Source: an uncultured bacterium (GTDB taxonomy: Bacteria; Caldisericota; Caldisericia; B22-G15). Taken from it: a DNA stretch of 10,946 nucleotides. Where the stretch lies: contig CBFDTJ010000047.1 in the NCBI GenBank assembly GCA_965612865.1, forward strand, positions 1-10,946, given 5' to 3'. Of the stretch, positions 1 through 6,764 are shown in pieces; the stretch's first letter is position 1, and each line of letters opens with the position of its first letter. The notes under the pieces were generated by a model. That model ran no database searches and was not told the DNA's origin. It saw only the letters and a program-made list of their open reading frames with translations. The position numbers were made by a program, and so were the translations under genes.

Positions 1-69
1 TTTCAAGCAGAAGACGGCATACGAGATCATGCCTAGTCTCGTGGGCTCGGAGATGTGTATAAGAGACAG
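1..69 (+). other. Illumina Nextera P7-side adapter (sequencing artefact)
   Basis: CAAGCAGAAGACGGCATACGAGAT (P7, 4-27), index CATGCCTA (28-35, as I recall Nextera N706), GTCTCGTGGGCTCGG (36-50) and mosaic end AGATGTGTATAAGAGACAG (51-69). The leading TTT fits poly-A run-off on the opposite strand. Confidence 0.99.
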
Positions 70-446
70 GCCTTAATGAGGTCAAGTTTTCCAGAAAGAT
101 ACGCTCTTTCTGTGAACTCTCCAGGTTTTGAAAGCCTTGCACCAAGAGAGATAATTTCCGAAAGTATTTTGTTCATAAGAACAGGAGATCCAAAGGTCTG
201 GATCTCCACAACATCTTCACCTGTATAAGACTTCGGTTTTTTAAAGTATATTACTATTGCATCTCCAAGGGATTTTCCCTCCCTGTCCTTTAAAAAAACA
301 TGATGCGCTCTTCTTGGAGTAATTTTTTGTTTTTTTTGTAGTAATTTTAAGACAATTTCAAGGGATCGGGGTCCAGAAATCCTTATAACTCCAACACCAC
401 CAAATCCTAAAGGTGTTGAAATATTTGCTATTGTATCTGTTTCCAT
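70..446 (-). CDS. mnmE: tRNA modification GTPase MnmE/TrmE, N-terminal fragment (3'-truncated by contig end)
   Basis: Motifs DTIANISTPLGFGGVGVIRISG, PKSYTGEDVVEI and PGEFTERAYLSGKLDL; canonical position after jag. Start is ATG at 446 or TTG at 452. The C-terminal CLLYTSPSPRD in the ORF track is translated adapter. Confidence 0.97.
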
Positions 447-448
447 CT

Positions 449-949
449 TCAAGATTTTCTTTTTAGGGCAACAACTACTCTTCTATTTGGCTCCTTTCCT
501 ATAGAATATGTGTAAACAGAGGGGTGGTTTGCAAGGGTTGTGTGAATTATCTTTCTTGCCATGGCACTCATTGGTTGAAGTACCTGATCCTCGCCAGTTT
601 TCTTTGCTCTTATAGCAGTTTCTACTGCAAGGTTCTTAAGGTAATCAATCTGTTTTCTTTTGTATCCGCCGATATCAAGTATAAACAATCTTTTATCATT
701 GAACTTTCTATGAATAATGGCATTCAATAGATATTGTAAGGAAGCAAGAACTTTTCCCTGTTTACCAATATAGAGAGCCTGTCTTTCTCTGTTGGATAGC
801 TGGACATTGATATAAACTTCTGTATCCCTTTCTCTTATCTCAAAAGAAGCATTCTCTCCAAGTTTCTCAAATATGAAGGAAAGAATTCCTTTAACGATCT
901 TTGAAGAGTCTTTTTCGTTTCCCGTAAGGTAGAAAAGCTTGTTTTTCAT
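449..949 (-). CDS. jag: Jag/KhpB/EloR RNA-binding protein (KH-II + R3H), short form
   Basis: KH GxxG loop IGKQGKVLASLQYL, R3H motif PMSAMARKIIH, and C-terminal TYSIGKEPNRRVVV; lies between yidC and mnmE. Confidence 0.93.
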   Translation of the reverse strand: MKNKLFYLTGNEKDSSKIVKGILSFIFEKLGENASFEIRERDTEVYINVQLSNRERQALYIGKQGKVLASLQYLLNAIIHRKFNDKRLFILDIGGYKRKQIDYLKNLAVETAIRAKKTGEDQVLQPMSAMARKIIHTTLANHPSVYTYSIGKEPNRRVVVALKRKS

Positions 950-950
950 C

Positions 951-2345
951 TTATTTCTTCTTTGGTGTCTTTTCTTTTAACTTCATCAGGTGTCCATACT
1001 TTTTTCTGATTACGAAGTACTCAAGGGCTGAGAATACACTGAATGAAATCCAGTATATAGAAACTGCTGTTGGAAAGTTTAGTGACCAGTAGCCAATGAG
1101 AAGCGGGAACATGAACATCATCATTTTTGAGGATTGATCTTTACCGCTACCCATTATCCACTGCTGAAGAAGTGTGGTTCCTGCTACGAGAACAGGTATT
1201 ACATAGGTGGGGTCTGGTACAGCAAGGTTGTGAACCCATAAGAATGATTGATTGAGGAGTTTTACATATCCATTAAGGGATGTAAAGAGGATAAAGAATA
1301 TAGGAAGAGGAAGAAGCGCCATAAGACATCCAGTCGCAGGGTTTATTCCATATTTCTTGTAGAGCTTCATTTGTTCTTCCTGAAGTTTCTTTGGATCATC
1401 CTTATACTTTTTTTGAAGTTCCTGAATCATTGGAGAAAGCTCCTGAGTTTTACTCATGGATTTAAGCTGCTGGAATGTGAAGGGGAACAGTATAAGTTTT
1501 ACAACAAGGGTTAAAATTATGACTGCTATTCCATAGTTCTTTGTGAAATCGTGGAAGAAGTCAAGACTTCTTCTTACAAAATATGTGAAAGAGTTTTTAA
1601 CAACTCTTATGGTAGCCTTTTCTTCATAGATATACGAAACCCCGTCACTGTCTTTATATTCAACAACTATGGGAACAGTGTAGTCCTGTGGTACAACCTT
1701 GTCTGTTGGGGCAAGCATTAAAGTTACTGTTACAGATTTTCCTGGCTTTATAGTTTCAATTCTTACATTCTTGCCTTTCTTATATTCTGTGAAGAACTCT
1801 GTACTCCCTGCCTTCACAACAACATCTTTTACCTCTTTGTTTCCAGTGTTTTTTAAACTTCCAGAAAGAGAAACGAGAGTCTCAAGAGAAACTTTAGAAT
1901 ATGGAGGTTTTGTAAAGGATAGAATTCCTGCTTTGGAAGAGAATGATAAAGGAAAAACTACATTGAACTCCTTTTCCTCACCTTTCTCTGAATACTTTAT
2001 TCTTCCAATAAAAAGAAATTCATCTTCTGTGAGTTCTTCATTCACCTTCAGATTGAAGGAAATCTCTTTCTTCTCCTGTGATTTAAGAACTGGAATTTCT
2101 ACTTCTGTATCTTGAATCTCAAATGGTCCAAGGTCTTCGTAGTTGGACAAAGAGTCAATGGAAACAACAAGATTCTCTTTATCTATCCCAAGATTCTCAA
2201 GATTAATTTTCATTGAGAAACTTTCACCTGTGGAAGGTTTTTCCACTGGAAGTGTAGTAATCTTTACATCCATTTTAGGACCAAAGCTAAATGCAAGTCC
2301 GAAAAGGATAATTGGCAAAATTAAAAAAATCAATTTCTTTTTCAT
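951..2345 (-). CDS. yidC: Membrane protein insertase YidC with an N-terminal hydrophobic segment and about 230 aa of beta-rich extracytoplasmic region
   Basis: Core motifs NYGIAVIILTLVVKLILFP, IQELQKKYKDD..KLQEEQMKLYKKYGINPATGCL, FLWVHNLAVPDP and FPTAVSIYW; RBS AAGGAGG at 2350-2356; synteny with rnpA-yidD-jag. Confidence 0.96.
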   Translation of the reverse strand: MKKKLIFLILPIILFGLAFSFGPKMDVKITTLPVEKPSTGESFSMKINLENLGIDKENLVVSIDSLSNYEDLGPFEIQDTEVEIPVLKSQEKKEISFNLKVNEELTEDEFLFIGRIKYSEKGEEKEFNVVFPLSFSSKAGILSFTKPPYSKVSLETLVSLSGSLKNTGNKEVKDVVVKAGSTEFFTEYKKGKNVRIETIKPGKSVTVTLMLAPTDKVVPQDYTVPIVVEYKDSDGVSYIYEEKATIRVVKNSFTYFVRRSLDFFHDFTKNYGIAVIILTLVVKLILFPFTFQQLKSMSKTQELSPMIQELQKKYKDDPKKLQEEQMKLYKKYGINPATGCLMALLPLPIFFILFTSLNGYVKLLNQSFLWVHNLAVPDPTYVIPVLVAGTTLLQQWIMGSGKDQSSKMMMFMFPLLIGYWSLNFPTAVSIYWISFSVFSALEYFVIRKKYGHLMKLKEKTPKKK

Positions 2346-2356
2346 GCTACCTCCTT

Positions 2357-2566
2357 TTATGGGACAGGATCATCTCCACCCGGAAAAAATGGGTTACATC
2401 GTAAGATCCTTTTTATTCCAAGAAATAAACCTTTAACCACTCCATACTTCTCCACAGCTTGATATGTATAAACAGAGCAGGTTGGGTTGTATCTGCAGGA
2501 GTTAGGAAACATAGGGGATATAAACTTTCGATATAATTTAATTAAAAAGAGCACTGCCTTTTTCAT
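2357..2566 (-). CDS. yidD: Membrane protein insertion efficiency factor YidD
   Basis: [25 protein letters not shown] and GGDDPVP motifs with three Cys. ATG at 2566 is preferred over TTG at 2572 because AAGGAAGG (2573-2580) lies 6 nt upstream of it. Confidence 0.96.
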   Translation of the reverse strand: MKKAVLFLIKLYRKFISPMFPNSCRYNPTCSVYTYQAVEKYGVVKGLFLGIKRILRCNPFFPGGDDPVP

Positions 2567-2879
2567 CTTCAACCTTCCTTAAAAAATCTTCAAAATCTTC
2601 AATAATAACCTCTTCTTTTCTTTTCTCTACGAAAGGGGGAATTATAATTACAACCCACATGTTTTTGAATTTCTCCTGAAGTTTAAAAAATATCTCTCTG
2701 ATTTTTCTCCTCACTCTGTTCCTCTTGACTGATTTTTTTACACCCACAGGGACAAAGGCAACCTTTAAATTATCTTTTCTTTCATACACAAATGTCAAAT
2801 TCCTCTCTCTTACCTTTGTCCCATTTTTCATAACTTCTTTAACTTCTCTTTTATTTAATCTTTCTTTAAGTTTAGCCAC
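2538..2879 (-). CDS. rnpA: Ribonuclease P protein component
   Basis: Basic 113-aa protein with RNR motif [15 protein letters not shown]; its GTG start overlaps the rpmH TAG stop (TAGTG); lies between rpmH and yidD. Confidence 0.92.
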   Translation of the reverse strand: MAKLKERLNKREVKEVMKNGTKVRERNLTFVYERKDNLKVAFVPVGVKKSVKRNRVRRKIREIFFKLQEKFKNMWVVIIIPPFVEKRKEEVIIEDFEDFLRKVEDEKGSALFN

Positions 2880-3016
2880 TAAGAAGGTGTAAGCCTCTTT
2901 CTTCCTTTTCTTCTTCTTCTTTTTATAACATTCCTCCCACCAGGAGAGCTCATTCTTTTTAAAAACCCATGAACCTTCCTTGCTTTTCCTTTATGAGGGC
3001 GATAAGTTATTCTCAT
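2879..3016 (-). CDS. rpmH: 50S ribosomal protein bL34 (45 aa; not in the ORF track)
   Basis: Hand translation [45 protein letters not shown], with the typical TYxP, HGFxxRM and RRRxKGR motifs; RBS AAGGAGG at 3024-3030. Confidence 0.98.
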   Translation of the reverse strand: MRITYRPHKGKARKVHGFLKRMSSPGGRNVIKRRRRKGRKRLTPS

Positions 3017-3029
3017 TCTTTATCCTCCT

Positions 3030-3719
3030 TTAGTTGTTTCTCTCTACTGCTTTGAGTACCTGGGCTATAAATTGATCTTCTGGCAATGCTCCCTCAAACT
3101 CTACCTTATCATTTACAATAATTTTGGGAACAGCGTATACACCATACTTTTCAGAGAGATTTGGAAACTCACTTGCTTCCACCATGTCTCCCATAATATT
3201 TTCATTTATAAACGCCATTTTATGAGCAATCCTTACTGCTCTCGGGCAGTAAGGACATGTAGGTGTTACAAAAACCTGAATATGGAGAGGTTCCTTCACT
3301 GCTTCGACTTTTCTCCTGTTTCTCTCTTTAAGATCAACTTTGTCTCTTGAGGCATCAATTAGGTCCTCAAGAAGAGTTGCAAACTCGTATCCTGCTGGAA
3401 TTCCAACAAATCTGATTAGTCCCTTATTGTGTCCCTTAATAACCACAGTTGGAATTCTTTCAACTTTATATTCGTCAAATTTTTCTTTATTATCTTCTAT
3501 GGTATATGCTTCCAGTTTTAATAAATCAGATAATTCTGTGACTTCTTTATACAGTTCTTCTGTTTCTTTACAGTATCTACACACAAGATCCTCGTCTTCA
3601 TTTGGTGTCCAGATACCTGCAGCAGTTTTTTTAAATAAAAGGATTGTAACTTCGTCTTTGAGTTCTTTTTCAAATTTCTCTCTGACGATTATTCTATCCT
3701 TTTCCTGAAGTAATGGCAT
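3030..3719 (-). CDS. Protein disulfide oxidoreductase (two thioredoxin folds; PfPDO/AhpF N-terminal-domain-like glutaredoxin family)
   Basis: Two CxxC sites (CRYC, CPYC) plus family motifs RIPT, GIPAGYEF, FVTPTCPYCP, AVPKI and FEGALPE; RBS AAGGAGG at 3725-3731. Confidence 0.92.
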   Translation of the reverse strand: MPLLQEKDRIIVREKFEKELKDEVTILLFKKTAAGIWTPNEDEDLVCRYCKETEELYKEVTELSDLLKLEAYTIEDNKEKFDEYKVERIPTVVIKGHNKGLIRFVGIPAGYEFATLLEDLIDASRDKVDLKERNRRKVEAVKEPLHIQVFVTPTCPYCPRAVRIAHKMAFINENIMGDMVEASEFPNLSEKYGVYAVPKIIVNDKVEFEGALPEDQFIAQVLKAVERNN

Positions 3720-3760
3720 AACTTCCTCCTTATCTTAAAAAAATTAATTTCGCATAGGCT

Positions 3761-3769
3761 ATTATATCA
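3761..3769 (-). promoter_or_regulatory. Putative extended -10 promoter (proximal) for the oxidoreductase-rpmH-mnmE operon
   Basis: The minus strand reads TGaTATAAT about 40 nt upstream of the ATG at 3719; no good -35 element. Confidence 0.6.
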
Positions 3770-3795
3770 TAAAACCTATCTTTTTCTTGAAGTTA

Positions 3796-3804
3796 ATTAT
3801 AGCA
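3796..3804 (-). promoter_or_regulatory. Putative extended -10 promoter (distal) for the same operon
   Basis: The minus strand reads TGcTATAAT, 35 bp upstream of the proximal element. Confidence 0.5.
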
Positions 3805-3875
3805 TATTTAAAAGGTAACAAAATATGAGATAATGTATCTAATATTTTGAAAGCAAAACATAAAAGGAGGAATTT

Positions 3876-4697
3876 ATGAATTTTAGAATTGTGGTGGATA
3901 GTACGTCTGATATCCCTGACGATTATATAAAAAAATATAACATAAGGGTTGTTCCTTTAAAGGTTATAATAGGGGACAAAACTTACAGGGATAGAATTGA
4001 CATAACTGATAAAGAGATATGGAGGCTCATGAGTGAGGAAGGTACTATGCCAAAAACCTCTGTTCCAAGTGTCGAGGATTTTATTTCTGTCTATAAGGAT
4101 CTTGAAAGAGAGGGAGCAGATGGGATTGTATCAATTCATATATCCGGGAAGCTTTCAGCCACTGTGAATGTCGCAAAAATGGCTTCTAAAGAGGTAAAGA
4201 TACCGGTGATTTCCTTTGATTCAAAATCTGTATCCCTGGGTTCAGGGTTTCTTGCAATTGAAATAGCAAAACTTATTGAAAAAGGAATAGAGTCTCTTGA
4301 AGAGATAAAGAAGAAATTAGAAGAGCTCAGAGAAAAGTTACATGTCTTTCTTGTGGTGAGGAAACTTGACTATCTTATAAGAGGCGGAAGACTCACCAGA
4401 GTTGAGGGAATTGTTGGAAAGATGCTTAAGATAAGCCCGGTGATAAAGATTACAAAGGAAGGGACATTATCGCTTTTCTCTTTTACAAGGGGCTATCTTA
4501 ATGCACTTAAGAAAATTGAACGATACCTTAAGACTTTAGTCAATGATAAAACAGTAAATTTTGCTGTAATGCACGCTATGGAAGAGTCTTTCGGAAGAGA
4601 CTCCTTTAATAGACTAAAGGCTTCTCTTAAGGTGAAACTTTCCATATTTGGAAGTTTGAGTTCTGTGCTCACTGCGCATGCTGGGCCTGGAACATAG
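3876..4697 (+). CDS. DegV/FakB family fatty acid-binding protein, with a probable 1-nt frameshift near the 3' end (restored end 4726)
   Basis: Motifs IVVDSTSDIP, VVPLKV, PKTSVPS, HISGKLSAT, DSKSVSLG, LDYLIRGGR and AHAGPGT; RBS AAGGAGG at 3864-3870. The expected final strand IGIAVL lies in a shifted frame at 4694-4726. Confidence 0.94.
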   Translation: MNFRIVVDSTSDIPDDYIKKYNIRVVPLKVIIGDKTYRDRIDITDKEIWRLMSEEGTMPKTSVPSVEDFISVYKDLEREGADGIVSIHISGKLSATVNVAKMASKEVKIPVISFDSKSVSLGSGFLAIEIAKLIEKGIESLEEIKKKLEELREKLHVFLVVRKLDYLIRGGRLTRVEGIVGKMLKISPVIKITKEGTLSLFSFTRGYLNALKKIERYLKTLVNDKTVNFAVMHAMEESFGRDSFNRLKASLKVKLSIFGSLSSVLTAHAGPGT

Positions 4698-4719
4698 GAA
4701 TAGCTGTTCTTGAAGTAGA

Positions 4720-5463
4720 TCAATAAAATACTTTATAAAGAAAGAGACCGTTTGGTGGTATTCTTTCTTCTCCCAGCGGATGTTTTGTAGAATTCAAAGC
4801 TTCAATTAAAATTTCTTTTGGAAGATTTTCTCTTTCAATTTTTAAAAGTGCCCCCACCATTCTTCTTACCTGATGTCTTAAGAAACTTTTCCCCTCGAAG
4901 AATAGGTAATAAAAATCTCCTCTTCTTCTTACAGAGGTTGAATAGATTTCTCTAACAGTGCTCATAGCTTCTCTGACTTCTTTTTTGGTAAAAGCAGAGA
5001 AATTGTGTTTTCCAATGAATAACTTTATATTCTCCTCAAGCCTTTCTCTATTAATATTGTATGGAAACCACATAGAGTATCTTCCCATAAATGGATCTGG
5101 GAAGTCCTTGCTCGTATTAACCACATAAAAGTATATTTTTTTCTTTGCATCAAACCTTGAGGAAAACCTTAAATGCTCATTTTCTACCTTTCTAATTCTT
5201 ATGTCAGCCGGTAACCTATTGTTCAAAATTTCTTTAAAATTCTTTGGAGGAATTTCAGTTTCAACAAGGAAGTTTATTACCTGACCAAAGGCATGCACTC
5301 CTCTATCTGTTCTTCCTGCGAAATCTATAATTATTTCTGCGTTAAGAAAATCACTTAAAGTACTCTCTATAACACCCTGAATGGTAGGAAGATCTTTCTG
5401 CTTCTGAAATCCAAAATAGTTTGTCCCATCATACTCCACAGTACATTTTATATTCCTTCTCAT
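4720..5463 (-). CDS. truA: tRNA pseudouridine(38-40) synthase TruA
   Basis: Motifs EYDGTNYFGFQKQ, AGRTDRGVHAFGQV (catalytic Asp), GKHNFSAF, FLRHQVRRMVG and PPNGLFL. ATG at 5463 (MRRNIK) matches the usual N-terminus; the ORF track extends to GTG at 5481. Confidence 0.96.
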   Translation of the reverse strand: MRRNIKCTVEYDGTNYFGFQKQKDLPTIQGVIESTLSDFLNAEIIIDFAGRTDRGVHAFGQVINFLVETEIPPKNFKEILNNRLPADIRIRKVENEHLRFSSRFDAKKKIYFYVVNTSKDFPDPFMGRYSMWFPYNINRERLEENIKLFIGKHNFSAFTKKEVREAMSTVREIYSTSVRRRGDFYYLFFEGKSFLRHQVRRMVGALLKIERENLPKEILIEALNSTKHPLGEERIPPNGLFLYKVFY

Positions 5464-5471
5464 ATAAGTTG

Positions 5472-5500
5472 TATATACCACCTGGAAAGCTCTGTGTCAA
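5472..5500 (-). promoter_or_regulatory. Putative sigma70-type promoter of truA
   Basis: On the minus strand: TTGACA (5500-5495), a 17-bp spacer ending in TGg, then TATATA (5477-5472). The -10 element lacks the conserved final T. Confidence 0.45.
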
Positions 5501-5504
5501 TGAT

Positions 5505-5547
5505 TTGTCAAAAATTAAACAAATATGATAAAATGAAATAAAGGAGG
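5505..5547 (+). promoter_or_regulatory. Putative sigma70-type promoter and RBS of the DUF438 gene
   Basis: TTGTCA (5505-5510), an 18-bp spacer ending in TGa, TAAAAT (5529-5534), then AAGGAGG (5541-5547). Confidence 0.55.
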
Positions 5548-5552
5548 TTGAA

Positions 5553-6764
5553 ATGAGTGAATTATTAGGAGACAGCAATAAAAAAGAGATTTTAAAGAAG
5601 TTGATAAAGGAATTACATCAGGGGAAGGGAGTAGAAGAGATAAAGGAAAGGTTCAGAGATGTTTTAAAAGGTGTAACTCCTATAGAAATAGCTGTAATAG
5701 AAGGAGAACTTATAAAGGAAGGTCTTCCCGCAGAGGAAGTCCATGAATTATGCGATGTACATATCGCCGCCTTCAGGGAGGAACTTGAAAAGGCGACACC
5801 TATAGCTGAAAGCTGGCATCCTATATCGATTCTTATGGAAGAGCATAAGATTTTCATAAAACACGCTCAGGAGATTAAATCTATTATAGATAGAATGGGT
5901 GAAAAAGGAAATTTTGAAGATGCGGAGAGGGAGATAAAAGAACTTAAGAATTATGTAGAGAAATTAAGAAATTCAGAGAAACATTATGTGAGAGAAGAAA
6001 ATGTTCTTTTTCCATATCTTGAGAAACATGGGATAGTTGAACCTCCAAAAATTATGTGGATGGATCACGATATGATTAGAGAGATAAAGAAGAAGTTTTA
6101 TAATCTCTTTGACTCATATAAAGAAATGGAATTTAATGATTTCGTAACAAAGTTAAAAGAAGTTTCAATTTACTTAATAGATATGCTTTCGGGCCATTTT
6201 TTTAGAGAGAACAACATACTCTTCCCCACTGCTTTAAAAGTTATCTCAAAAAATGAGTGGTTAGAAGCAAGAAAAGAGTTTGATGAAATAGGTTATTCTG
6301 AATATATTCCAGAAAATTTGGGAGAATATGTCTCCAAGGAAAAGAGTGATGTCGCCGAAGATGACAGAATAAATTTTGAAACAGGTTCCTTCCTTTTTAA
6401 TGAACTTGAGTCTCTATTGGATACTCTTCCTGTTGATATAACCTTTATTGATAAAGACGATGTAGTAAGATATTTTAATCAGTCCAAGGATAGGATATTT
6501 CCAAGAACTAAAGCTGTTATAGGAAGGAAAGTTCAACAATGTCATCCTCAGAAGAGCGTACATGTGGTAAATAAAATTCTTGAGGATTTTAAAAGTGGGA
6601 AGAGAGATAGAGTAGAATTCTGGATAGATATGAATGGAAGAAAAATATTTATAAGATACTTTCCCGTGAGAAGTAAAGAAGGTAATTACCTTGGAACTAT
6701 TGAGGTAACTCAAGATATCACTGATATAAAGAAAATTGAAGGTGAGAAAAGGCTCCTAGATTAA
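5553..6764 (+). CDS. DUF438 + hemerythrin-like (HHE) + PAS domain protein (COG2461-type)
   Basis: N-terminal LKKLIKELHQG..EIAVIEGELIKEG..LCDVH; metal-ligand motifs HPISILMEEH, HYVREENVLFP, MWMDHD and HFFRENNILFP; PAS region LPVDITFIDKDDVVRYFN..IGRKVQQCHP..YLGTIEVTQDIT. Confidence 0.9.
   Translation: MSELLGDSNKKEILKKLIKELHQGKGVEEIKERFRDVLKGVTPIEIAVIEGELIKEGLPAEEVHELCDVHIAAFREELEKATPIAESWHPISILMEEHKIFIKHAQEIKSIIDRMGEKGNFEDAEREIKELKNYVEKLRNSEKHYVREENVLFPYLEKHGIVEPPKIMWMDHDMIREIKKKFYNLFDSYKEMEFNDFVTKLKEVSIYLIDMLSGHFFRENNILFPTALKVISKNEWLEARKEFDEIGYSEYIPENLGEYVSKEKSDVAEDDRINFETGSFLFNELESLLDTLPVDITFIDKDDVVRYFNQSKDRIFPRTKAVIGRKVQQCHPQKSVHVVNKILEDFKSGKRDRVEFWIDMNGRKIFIRYFPVRSKEGNYLGTIEVTQDITDIKKIEGEKRLLD

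Noticed and set aside
33..452. A short MnmE lacking the GTPase domain, or an mnmE pseudogene
   Set aside because: The stop codon and last residues come from the adapter; the gene simply runs off the contig.
1490..1530. Lys in place of the conserved YidC groove Arg (LVVKLILFP)
   Set aside because: Lys is a common conservative substitution that keeps the positive charge.
2895..2925. Low-complexity CTT repeats resembling a microsatellite or terminator
   Set aside because: They are the AGA/AAA codons of the Arg/Lys-rich C-terminus of bL34 on the minus strand.
524..3708. Plus-strand ORFs 524-730, 1248-1514, 1699-2115, 2143-2436, 3072-3350 and 3340-3708
   Set aside because: They are antisense shadows of well-supported genes, with biased S/F/L/I composition and no recognisable motifs.
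3720..3875. Possible oriC in the AT-rich intergenic region near rpmH
   Set aside because: No DnaA-box cluster and no dnaA; the region is explained by promoters and ribosome binding sites.
4695..4703. Two close in-frame TAG codons after degV suggesting pyrrolysine or stop readthrough
   Set aside because: Readthrough gives ELFLK-type sequence that does not match the DegV C-terminus, while the shifted frame does; other genes here use TAG as a normal stop.
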